DNA of 64,000 nucleotides from the NCBI RefSeq assembly GCF_009914755.1, contig NC_060932.1; one strand, 5' to 3'. Source of the DNA: the human T2T-CHM13v2.0 reference genome, Homo sapiens. Numbering within the stretch: the stretch's first letter is position 1; the number at the start of each line of letters is the position of its first letter. A program made the position numbers and the translations under genes. Shown here one piece after another: positions 1-12,048 of the stretch. Below the pieces are notes generated by a model. That model worked only from the letters and a program-made list of their open reading frames with translations. It did no database searches and had not been told where the DNA came from.

Positions 1-1024
1 GTGGCTGGGGTTTGTCTCACAGTGGAGGCAAGGAATTGCAACTTTTTTTTATTATTGTACACCTTGAAGGCGAGGTTAATTAAATCCTGTTGTGGGGTTT
101 GAGGGCCGGAATTTAATTTTTGGAGTTTTATTTAATGTCGGGAGCAGATTGGGTAATAAAATGTATTTTGAGAATAAGACGGCCTTTTGACTTTTTAGGG
201 TCTAGGGCTGTAAAGTGTCTCAGGGTTGCTGCCAAACAAGTCATGAACTGGGCTGGATTTTTATGTTCGATGAAAAAGAGCCTAAACGCTATCTGATTTG
301 GGATAAAGGAAAAGGAGCATTAACCTTGACTATGCCTTTAGCTCCAGCCACCTTTTTAAGAGTAAATTGCTGGGCAGGTGGGGGAGGGCTAGTCACGAAA
401 CGAAACTGTAAGCCTGACCAGGTGTGAGGAGGGGAGGCGATAAAAAGATTATAGGGTGGAGGAGCAGAGGCTGAGGAAGAATTGGGACCTAGCTCAGCCT
501 GGCAAGGAGGGGAGAGGTCAGATGGGTCTGTAGAAAAGGAAGATTAGAAAGACTCATGACGCTTGGGGTTGGGACTGAGGGGACAGGTGGGAGGGAAAGA
601 AGGAAGATTTGGGATGAGTTGCACTGGGCACAGAGACTAGGAAGGGACTGATGTGTAAAAGAATGCCTGGACGTCAGGCACCTCAGACTGTTTGCCTATT
701 TTGTGACAAGAATTATTTAGATCTTACAGGATGGAAAAATTCAAAGTGCCATTTTCTGGCTATTTGGAACTACTGCCGAGATTTTATTGGGGTCAAGCGG
801 CATTGCAGAAGAAAATAAGGCATTTAGGTTTTAGGTCAGGTGTGAGTTGAAGAGGTTTTAAGTTTTTGAGAACACAGGCCAAGGGAGTAGAAGGAGGAAT
901 GGAGAGTGGAAGGTTGCCTATAGTGAAGGAAGCAAGCCTAGAGAAAAGAGAGAGTAGAGAAATGGAGGGAAGGGGTTCGGGGGTTCTTACCTTCCAGAAA
1001 AGTGGGAAAAGGGGTTGGGGTGCA

Positions 1025-1272
1025 GAGATAAGAGGTCAGGGCGTGGAAATTAGGGATGGGGTGCAGAAATAAGGGGTCAGGGCACAGAAATAAGGGGTCA
1101 GGTCATGGAAATAAGGGGTCAGGGCACGGAAATAAGGGATTGGGGCACAGAGATACAAGGTTGGGGTGCGGAAATAAGGGATTGGGGGACAGAGATAAGA
1201 GGTCAGGGTGTGGAAATAAGGGATTGGGGCACAGAGATAAGAGGTTGGGGCACGGAAATAAGGGATTGGGGG
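1025..1272. repeat. ~21-nt tandem array (about 12 units) in the HERV-H leader
   Basis: Units such as GAAATAAGGGGTCAGGGCACA, GAAATAAGGGATTGGGGCACA and GAGATAAGAGGTCAGGGTGTG. The 21-nt period explains the repetitive ORFs at 1056 and 1105. Confidence 0.9.
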
Positions 1273-1715
1273 TTCTTGCCCTGTAGAAAACCGGGACTTG
1301 CTGCTAAGGGTGAAGGAGAAGGGGTTGATGGGTACTTGCCCCTGCCCCAGGAAAGCAGAGAAGGGGTAGAGACAAGGAGAGAAGGGGTTGGGGTACTTGC
1401 CCCTTCCCCAGAAAAGCAGGACTTGCCGCTAAGGGTGAAGGACCAAGGCAGGTGTCCCTGCGTGGTCTGACACCTTTGAAACGTGGGTGAATAATCAGAG
1501 AGGTGTCCCTGAAATGATTAAACACCAAGGGAAGGCTGCCTTCCCAGTCAGTGACCGGCGCCGGAGTTTTGGGTCAACAGATAAAACGTGTCTCCGTTGT
1601 CTCTCCCAGAAAATGAAAGGAATTGAAATTAAGAGAAGGGAGAGATTGAAGAGTGGAAAGAAGAAAGTGGTTGAGGGACAGTGAGAGAGATTGGAGAAGA
1701 GAGTAAGAAGAGGCT

Positions 1716-1724
1716 GCTTACCTG
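1716..1724 (-). promoter_or_regulatory. HERV-H major splice donor CAG|GTAAGC
   Basis: The plus strand gcttacctg reads CAG|GTAAGC on the minus strand, about 145 nt downstream of the LTR. Confidence 0.8.
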
Positions 1725-1847
1725 ATTTAAAATTGGTGAGATGTTCCCTGGGCTGGTCGGTCTGAGGACCTGAGGTCATAGGTGGATCTTTCTCATGGAG
1801 CAAAGAACAGGAGGACAGGGGATTGATCTCCCAAGGGAGGTCCCCCG

Positions 1848-1865
1848 ATCCGAGTCACGGCACCA
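1848..1865 (-). other. Primer binding site complementary to tRNA-His
   Basis: Minus strand TGGTGCCGTGACTCGGAT, 2 nt after the LTR end. Confidence 0.92.
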
Positions 1866-1867
1866 AA

Positions 1868-2318
1868 TTTCATACGTGTCCGTGTGAAGAGACCACCGAA
1901 CAGGCTTTGTGTGAGCAACATGGCTGTTTATTTCACCTGGGTGCAGGTGGGCTGAGTCTGAAAAGAGTCAGCAAAGGGAGATAAGGGTGGGGCCGTTTTA
2001 TAGGATTTGGGTAGGTAAAGGAAAATTATAGTCAAAGGGGGTTTGTTCTCTGGCAGGCAGGAGTGGGGGTAGCAAGGTGCTCAGTGGTGGTGCTTTTTGA
2101 GCCAGGATGAGCCAGGAAAAGGACTTTCACAAGGTAATGTCATCAGTTAAGGCATGGACCAGCCATTTACACTTCTTTTGTGGTGGAATGTCATCAGTTA
2201 AGGTGGGGCAAGGCATATTCACTTCTTTTGTGATTCTTCAGTTACTTCAGGCCATATAGGCCTATACATGCAAGTCACAGGGGATGCAATGGCTTTGCTT
2301 GGGCTCAGAGGCCTGACA
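1868..2318 (-). mobile_element. LTR7, 5' LTR of HERV-H
   Basis: Starts TGTCAGGCCTCTGAGCCCAAGC and ends ...ATGAAA. TATAAAA at 1996-2002, AATAAA at 1927-1932, two 50-nt-period U3 repeats. Confidence 0.95.
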
Positions 2319-2999
2319 GGTGGGACATCTCACAGTGAAGCCTTCCACATCATAGGTGGTTTCTAAGATTTTCTGGTTGGTAATTTGTTGGAAGAATTAA
2401 GCTTTTCCTAAAGAATTGAAGTCAGCAGAAAGGAATGCCTGGGTTCAAGATTAGGTAGTGGGTGACTGAAGCCAAAGTTATTTGTATGTAGATGAATCCT
2501 GCAGGTAGCATGCTTCAGAAAGAATAGATGGTGTCTCCTATCTGATGTTAAAAGGTATCAGATTTTTAGTTAAATCTCTCTTGGATCAGGAAAAGACCTG
2601 GAAAGGGAAGAGGATTTGCTACATAATGTAAATTTCCCCACAAGAGATGGCTTTGCAGAGCCATTTCAAAACAAGTCAAAGAAATATATTTTGGTAAAAA
2701 ATACTTTGATTTCCTTTAGAGTCTGTTATTGGTCATGTAAAATTATACCAGAGTCAGATTGTAGTTGGCATCTTATTGCTACAAGCTATCTGTTCTGTCA
2801 GTGTTAAAATCTCTATTTTCATATTAATGCTGGTCAGTTGTGTCTAAACTCTAAAAGGGGTAAAGTAAAATGAGACAAGTTCAATCCTCCTTCTTGTCAT
2901 GCCTGAACTACTTTTTTCAGGTTTCTTTGGAATCCCCTTGGCTGAGAGGGGTGTCCATTGAGTCAATTGGGGTGCTCAGAATTTTATTTTTGGTGTACA
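2319..2999 (-). mobile_element. MER4-family ERV1 LTR (5' part), interrupted by HERV-H
   Basis: The minus strand starts TGTACACCAAAAATAAAATTCTGAGCACCCCAATTGACTCAATGGAC, resembling the MER4 LTR start. It is cut off at the LTR7 boundary. Confidence 0.75.
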
Positions 3000-3049
3000 A
3001 TAAGATTTATGAAAAAATACTGTAATGAGATCCAGGATGAGAGAAACTA

Positions 3050-4000
3050 GTACACAATGAGGATAGGGAGAACAAACTCTTGAAAATAATTCAAATAAGA
3101 TTCAGTAGAGAATTTTAGAAATATTTATTTTGTGCTTTTCAGTAAAATTTGAGAAAACATAACTTTCAATAAACTACAGTTGAAAAACCAGATGATTGAG
3201 TACTGCCTTAAGAATCTGAAGAACTGCCTATGACACAGAACTATGTTATGGAACTAGTAACAAATGCCATCACAGGGTTCAGAACAGCAATAACAGTAGT
3301 AAGGAGTAGAATTATAGTAGTAAGAAGCAAGTACAATGAGGTAGAGGGCTAATATAATGATGCATTCTCAGAATACAAAAGGAAAAGACAAAGAGAAGAA
3401 AGGTATTACAGTTCTGACCACATCTAAGGAAGCACAAGAATGAACATACAAACTTCAGATAACTGATGATCTGAAGAAAAAATAAAAGCGAATGCATACA
3501 TGGATGCAATTAAAAAATAAATTTTTTTCAGACTAAAAAATAAGAGACTACAGATTCAAAAAACTCACCATATACCAAACAAGGTTAATGAAAATTATAT
3601 ACATCTAGCAGTTACACATACCCACTTATCAATTTCAAGAACAGGTATCCAGCCAGAAAAAATCAAGTTATATCTACAAAGGAAGAAAAATTCAGAAAGT
3701 CTTAGATTTTCTTGTGCAACATTAAATGACAACAGACAGAAAAAAATAAGCTTACAAAATTCACAGAAAAATATTAATGATCAATGCATTTTCTCTATAG
3801 CTAATCCATGTTTTATGTATTAAGACAATTTTTTATACACAAGTCTAATAAACCCAAATAAGGAAAGCTGAAACAACAAAATGACTCTTTTTAAAAGCAT
3901 CATACAAAGCATTAACAAAAGGCTTCAATATAAAGAATTGGCCATTTTTATTAATGGGTTTGTAAGAGTATAGGCAAATGTCAAATTTAATTTTAAAAAT
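3050..4000 (+). mobile_element. Ancient degenerate L1M/HAL1 ORF1-like relic
   Basis: A-rich plus strand with ORF1-like remnants (ctacagattcaaaaaactcaccatatacc; aatcaagttatatctacaaaggaagaaaaattcag). Boundaries approximate. Confidence 0.45.
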
Positions 4001-4460
4001 GGTACAAAATCTTTTATAACACATCTAAATAACAATAAGGGTTATATCATGTTCAGGAGTTAAGAAAATCTCAATGACTTCATATGTGGGATGGGAGGAG
4101 ACTAAAAATTTATCAATTATTTCTAATTATAAGTGGAAAATATATATTAAAGTATGCTTTCAGTTATTGGTAGTTACTTAGAGATGGAAGTTAAATAGTT
4201 CATATTTCTATTTTAAAAGTACAGTAAGTTAGCAGAAAGAAAAATAAAAGAAAATTAACTTTTATTTTTAAAAAGCATAAAGTATTTTAGATAAATGTAT
4301 TATAAAAATACATATGAATGGCTTAAATTCACTTTTTGAAGTATATACTCACATTGAGTAAAACATACACACATGCACACCTCATTTTTTATTCTATTAA
4401 ACATACAATCTTGAAAAATTACTCAGGAATATTTGTAATAATATAATATGGAAGTAATAT

Positions 4461-5561
4461 TGTTGCAGCTGGTACTTAGAGATGAGCAGGGCAGAAGAAG
4501 GCCTTCCACTTTCACCAGGAATGTTAGGTAACCATCTCTGTTCAGGTGGTTGTTAAACTGTCTCTCTAACATAATAGTTGGTCACAGCTGGTGCCAGGGA
4601 AATGCAGTCTCCCAGTAAATAAACACCTGATACTGGTGATAAGCAGCTTCCCAATGAAATCTCAAAAATTGAGTGAGTGGGCTCAAGCATGCACACTAAG
4701 AGGCAAAATGGCAGAGGTCAACAGGTATATGACTTTGCTCTAGAAACTCTACTAATAAGAGAAAAACATCTCAAGTGAGCACATGTGCAACTTCCATAAA
4801 CACACTGTGCATGCCACCCCTCACAAGTGCTGGTATGCCAGGCCACTGGACATGGGGACAGCACATCTCAAGGGAAGACTCAGGGGAGAAGGACACAACT
4901 GCCTAGAAGCATGCCAACATATACAACTCCAACTCAAAGGTCAAACTGTGCAGTTGAATATCTCAAGTCCCCTGCCTGGCCCTCATCCAAGTGTATATTA
5001 CTTCCTTTAGTTCCTGCTCTAAAACTTTTTTAAAAAACTTTTTATTATTATTATTATACTTTAAGTTTTAGGGTACATGTGCACAACGCGCAGGTTTGTT
5101 ACATATGTATACATGTGCCATGTTGGTGTGCTGCACCCATTAACTTGTCATTTAGCATTAGGTATATCTCCTAATGTTATCCCTCTCCCCTCCCCCCCAC
5201 CCCACAACAGTCCCCGGTGTGTGATGTTCCCCTTCCTGTGTCCATGTGTTCTCATTGTTCAATTCCCACCTATGAGTGAGAACATGCGGTGTTTGGTTTT
5301 TTGTCCTTGTGATAGTTTGCTGAGAACGATGGTTTCCAGCTTCATCCATGTCCCTACAAAGGACATGAACTCATCGTTTTTTATGGCTGCATAGCACACA
5401 TACACCATGGAATACTATGCAGCCATAAAAAAACTGTTACTACTGCTCTAAATCATGGCTCTGTCTCTCCCACTGCCTTATGTCCCTCAGTCAAATTATT
5501 TCTTCTGAGGAGGCAAGAGTTGAGGTTGCTTCAAACCCATGTGGATTTACTGATGCTAACA
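4461..5561 (+). mobile_element. MER50-type 5' LTR, interrupted by a short L1
   Basis: TG...CA ends, homologous to 13775-14482, followed by a PBS. Matches the recalled MER50 consensus (GAGCAGGGCAG...CCAGGAATGT...GGGCTCAAGCATG). Confidence 0.85.
5039..5433 (-). mobile_element. Short 5'-truncated L1PA (L1PA4/5-like) 3' end with a tiny inverted terminal piece
   Basis: L1 3'UTR on the minus strand at 5039-5394, then sense-orientation L1 sequence CACACATACACCATGGAATACTATGCAGCCATAAAAAA at 5395-5432. Confidence 0.9.
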
Positions 5562-7292
5562 TACTTTGGTGCCACATGGCTCGGATACATTCTCTAGTGG
5601 TAACATACTTTTATACCATGTTACTTGGATATGGCCCCTAGTGGTAACATACCTTGGTGTTGCCTGACTCTGATACATTCCCTATTGGTAAGACACCTCT
5701 ACACCTCACCTTCTTTGGCTGGAGGCATTCAACCACTGCACAAGGTTTTCTTCTCCCCTTTTGCTCTCCTGCCTACCAACTAGTGTCCAGCAACAGTGAC
5801 TCTGCTCTCCATGGCTGATTTCTCTGTTCACCCTGATGGAAGGCTTATGGGGGTAGGAAGGACCTTGGAGATTGCGCCAAGTAGACCTGAGACACTAATG
5901 GCCCTCCTGGACAGCAGCCTCATGAGAGCGATAGGGCTAAAGCCTAACACCATGCAATGTCTGTGGTTTCGTCTGTTTTTCAACTAAAATTGGCCCTTTC
6001 TCCAAAGTCTTCTGTGTCAATTCTGCTATTTTCTCTCTGTGTTTTCTGAAATGGTCTTGCACACCCACCAGATCATTCTCATCAGGGGCAAGTCTGCCTT
6101 TTCTCTGGTTTCACTTTGCATGCCATGTGACTTTCTTCTCTGCCTTAAATGCACACATTCCCCATTGTCTCTGTGCCTGTGGCTCTTGCTGTGTTTGTTC
6201 AGCAGCAAAGACATGGGCTCCCTTGCAGATATCCCCTGAGATTTATACTGGCTTTTTACCCTACCAGCTCAGAAGAGACCTCCAACCCTTGCCTTATCTT
6301 CTGGCATGTTGCCAAGAAAGGCACTAATCAGAATCCCAGCTCTGTCAGCTCCTCATGACTTACCATATGTTTTTCATTCCTGTTACACCCCAGGGCAAAG
6401 TTTTCTGGTGGCTTTTGAAGCAGTTTGTCTGCCAGTATAGGGATTTACTCTGTGGCCCTTTAAGGACCCAACCTACTTGTTCTTTTTTTTTTTTTTTTTT
6501 TTTTGAGTTAGCACCCCATTGTGAGGAGGGAAAATTCTTCCTTTGCCATTTGCAAGTTCTAAACCCAAGCCCCAAGTCTTCCAGAGGTTAGTCCTTAATG
6601 TCAAATGTGCAAATAAACATTGATCTCTCAAATTCAAGGGCTGCTGTTTTCATGAGCATATGGAAGATTTTCATGAGTATTCTTCTTGCTTCCTCCCACT
6701 TTTCCTGTAGCCTCCATTTCTCTAATTCCGCACCCTTCTCAATATGCATCAAGTCCTTCAACCTCATATTCAAAGGTAGGGAAATCCAGTCCCCTTGTGG
6801 CAGTTAACAGAAAAACAGGCTTCTAGTCTACTTAAAGAACATGGGAAATGGGAATCTGAGAAAAGAGATAATCGTTTTGTTGCTAGAATGCTCCTAGCAA
6901 GAATCACTAAAAGGTAATGGAGGAAAGGGTATAGGCCAAGCCAAAGATGCAGGCATAAAAGACCCATAGGACAGAGATAAAGGTTGGTCCCAGGCTATCA
7001 GATTACCATTAGAACAGAGTTGAAGACAAATTTAGGGGTACATGGTAAGACCGGTATATTCCAGAACCCCAAGGATGAATAGCAGGCCCCCTGTTTACTC
7101 TGGTACCTCCTCTGTTCTCAAGTGGCTAATTGTGATGAGACGGGAGCAAGGTTAAGGGTACATGGTAAGACTGCTTCATTTCAGTACCTTAAGGATGATT
7201 GGGGGACAGCCTGTTAAGGATAATAGGAAAGTAAGAGGGGATACCTTTTTTTGTCCTTGGTCTTTTCTTTCTCCTCTGTCTTCTCTTCACAG

Positions 7293-8280
7293 ATAGGTAA
7301 TCATGTCTCCATACCACATGACATGCCCCTCTGATGCATCCTCAAAAACTTGGAAAAATTTGACCCCCTGTAAAACTTAAAAAAAAATACTAGGTTTCCT
7401 TTGAAATACTGGGAGAAAATTTTAAAAGCCAGCCTTAGAACCCATAGCCCTAATAATGCAGGAAATCCTCAAATTTGCCTCCTAAGTCTTTGATAACCAA
7501 AAGCAGAATAAGGAGGACAAGTCTGAGGAAATGGAGAAACACAGGAACCAGAGACAGGCTCAACTAATGGCTGTTTATAAGCTTTCCATCCCCCTCTAGG
7601 TTGCCCTTAGAATACATTCCCAGGTAACTGCCATTGATGTGGGGAGCCAGGCCATTGGAAGCCAAATTGTTCCAATGGGATAAATGGGAAAAAGCCCTGC
7701 ACGGCTTGTCCCTTTGCCACAAGCTCAACCACTGGAAACAGGACTTTCCTGAGGGTTGAAGGGCCCCCAGTTCAGAATCCCAACCTTTGATAGCCTTGAG
7801 CTGAATGGGCTCTGTGCTCTGGCTGGCATCCAAATCAGACATTGTCATCAATAAGACCAAGCCCAGAAAAAATCTGGAGGTGACAATAAAATTATAAATT
7901 TCCCTTTGGGATTCAAGAGCTGCCTGCTCTGTGCTAATCTCCTTCTCTGAGCAACTCTCCTCCAAATCTTGTTGGGTAATGGGGCCAAATGCTACCCCCT
8001 CCCTCCAAACAAAAATATTCAAACTTCTTTGGGGAAAAAAAAATTTTCCAAAATGAGTCCATGCTTAATATTTACCCAACCTCTAAATTCATCTTTTCCT
8101 CTAATAGATCTATTTTTCCTGAGAAAACTACCTAAATTTTAAACCAATAACTTTAACCTGGACAGTTCTACCTCAGTGGTTTTAAAATAGCCCACACTTA
8201 TTCAGACTAGCAAAAATCTAACTGAGCCAACTCTTGAAGGGGGATAACTTCTATAGTATATAGATAACCTCCTTATCTGC
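7293..8280 (+). pseudogene. Compressed retroviral gag-pro-pol relics
   Basis: MA-like start at 7293 (ATA in place of ATG; ...CILKNLEKFDP). CCHC knuckle GNCH*CGEPGHWKPNC at 7623-7670 plus a second degenerate knuckle. Protease-like DSRAACSVL at 7910-7936. RT-like WTVLPQ..NSPHLF at 8159-8202 and LL*YIDNLLIC at 8248-8280. Confidence 0.75.
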
Positions 8281-9913
8281 TTCCCCTTCAAAGGACCCCC
8301 ACAGCAACATGCAGTACAAACCTTTACTTTCTAACAGAAGGAAAATTACTTTTGTCTAATTCATAGGTTATAAAGGTAAAGACATATTTTTGGCAAAGAA
8401 GGTTATAAAGAAAAGAGATTTTGTATAAAAAATGGTCTTGTATGGTAAATTCTTGCCCTAAAATAAAATAACTGTTTAAAAAGAGGAATGCTTAGAATTA
8501 GTCAGAAAGGTCAAGTATGTCATAGACGGTCTGTGTAAGTTATAAATAGTTTCATGAAAGGGAATTTATAAAAGAAATATTAAAGGTTATTAGGTCTACT
8601 AAATGCTTTAAGGTCATAAACAACTACTATGACTTTTAACTGAGCAACTTGCCTGCTATGAAGCCATTAATTTGTAGGTAAGACCTGGGACACAGAGAGT
8701 TAGCTGTGGCCCCTAGCTATGCTGAAATGTGTCAAACCTTATCTGAGCTCCTATCTAGCATCTTAGCCTCCAAGCCTACTACATAATTAGAATTGCTTTA
8801 GATTTTTACCAAAAGTAAGAGTTAACAGTTTAACATGTACTTGAGACTACTGGGAAAAGTTTTACATTCAAGGCACGTAAAGAAAGTAGAATGTGTTTTT
8901 GGTAAAAGATCATAAGAAGGCATGGGAATGTGGATTATTTTTTCTAGTTTAGAGGGTTAAAGAATTATTTTACATTAGACAGGCTAAAGCTTAAGGCTTG
9001 AGCAATTTGTGGAAAGTTTGTAAAAGACTAATCTTGTAAAAAAATCTTATCTGTGTGAATATTAGCTACAATTAAAGGGGTATTATACAGTTTATCTATA
9101 AAATAGCCATTGGAATAAAAGCACAATATGGTTTTCTTAGAGTATTATTTTTCCCTTTAACAGAAAATTGTAAAGGATTATAAAAGGTTTATACAAATCT
9201 TACCTTATTGTCAGACTGATTAAGATTGAATAGATTTGTCTATAGGTTTTATTAAGAATTGGGTTTAACATCAGTATTATACTAATGCAAATGTAAAATT
9301 TGGCTTTCTTTAGACTGTATTTGTATAAATGTGTTAATGATATGTGTTCCAAAATTATGTAAAACTCCTATAATTCTGATATGACTTGGTATACATTACC
9401 AGTAATGATTATAATTGTTTTGTGGAATTATCATGTGCCACGGGAGTAATCAAATTTTCTTATCAATTGTCTCTTTGACTGTGGCTGTCCTAAGACTTTC
9501 TGTCATCCATAGACAATTCTATTATTTTAATCCTCTTGAAAATGTGGTTTTATAATCAGCTATAGGACTCTGACAGGTGCTCTTGAATCCAGATTTCTGA
9601 TGACTTTGGAGATTGTGACTTTGGAACAGTGGAAAAACTTTTGGAACTCTCATGGAAAGCTAAAATTTTCTTTTTTTTTCTTTTTTGTTTATTTATTTAT
9701 TTATTATTATTATACTTTAAGTTTTAGGGTACATGTGCACAATGTGCAGGTTAGTTACATATGTATACATGTGCCATGCTGGTGCGCTGCACCCACTAAC
9801 TCGTCATTTAGCATTAGGTATATCTCCCAATGCTATCCCTCCCCCCTCCCCCCACCCCACAACAGTCCCCAGAGTGTGATGTTCCCCTTCCTGTGTCCAT
9901 GTGTTCTCATTGT

Positions 9914-11485
<1,572 letters not shown>

Positions 11486-11802
11486 TTAGCTCTCCTCCTC
11501 CAAAGGATGATTTGGCTCTCTGTTTGTCTAGGCTGCTCAGGGGTCAGGGGTCAGGGACCCACTTGAGGAGGCAGTCTGCCTGTTCTTAGATCTCCAGCTG
11601 TGTGCTGGGAGAACCACTGCTCTCTTCAAAGCTGTCAGACAGGGACATTTAAGTCTGCAGAGGTTACTGCTGTCTTTTTGTTTGTCTGTGCCCTGCCCCC
11701 AGAGGTGGAACCTACAGAGGCAGGCAGGCCTCCTTGAGCTGTGTTGGGCTCCTACCAGTTCGAGCTTCCTGGCTGCTTTGTTTACCTAAGCAAGCCTGGG
11801 CA

Positions 11803-12048
11803 ATGGCGGGCACCCCTCCCCCAGCCTCGCTGCTGCCTTGCAGTTTGATCTCAGACTGCTGTGCTAGCAATCAGCGAGACTCCGTGGGCATAGGACCCTC
11901 AGAGCCAGGTGCGGGATATAATCTCCTGGTGCGCCTTTTATTAAGCCCGTCGGAAAAGCGCAGTATTTGGGTGGGAGTGACCCAATTTTCCAGCTGCCGT
12001 CTGTCACCACTTTCTTTGACTAGGAAAGGGAACTCCCTGACCCCTTGA
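11803..12048 (+). CDS. L1 ORF0-like antisense ORF (81 aa), expression unknown
   Basis: ATG at 11803 in the context GCAATGG; MAGTPPPASLLPCSLISDCCASNQRDSVGIGPSEPG... matches the primate L1 ORF0 peptide. Confidence 0.6.
   Translation: MAGTPPPASLLPCSLISDCCASNQRDSVGIGPSEPGAGYNLLVRLLLSPSEKRSIWVGVTQFSSCRLSPLSLTRKGNSLTP

Larger units (their letters stand above)
1..1867 (-). mobile_element. HERV-H internal region (leader and gag-region relic), continuing beyond the left window edge
   Basis: The minus strand after the LTR reads TTTGGTGCCGTGACTCGGATCGGGGGACCTCCCTTGGGAGATCAATCCCCTGTCC..., the HERV-H leader. No long intact gag ORF. Confidence 0.93.

Noticed and set aside
1025-1470. CRISPR-like array, or repeat proteins (ORFs 1056-1286 and 1105-1470)
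   Set aside because: The units are contiguous with no unique spacers and lie in the HERV-H leader. The ORFs are open only because the period is 21 nt.
1848-1865. tRNA gene
   Set aside because: Only the 18-nt PBS complement is present; there is no cloverleaf.
7564-8022. 152-aa minus-strand ORF as a gene
   Set aside because: It is antisense to the gag/pro relics, has no recognisable domain, and is consistent with chance.
11520-11540. Spliced L1 (SpIRE) as the explanation of the internal deletion
   Set aside because: The 5'UTR breakpoint (…GCAGCCT|A) is not followed by GT in the recalled consensus, and the junction contains a duplication and an inverted piece.
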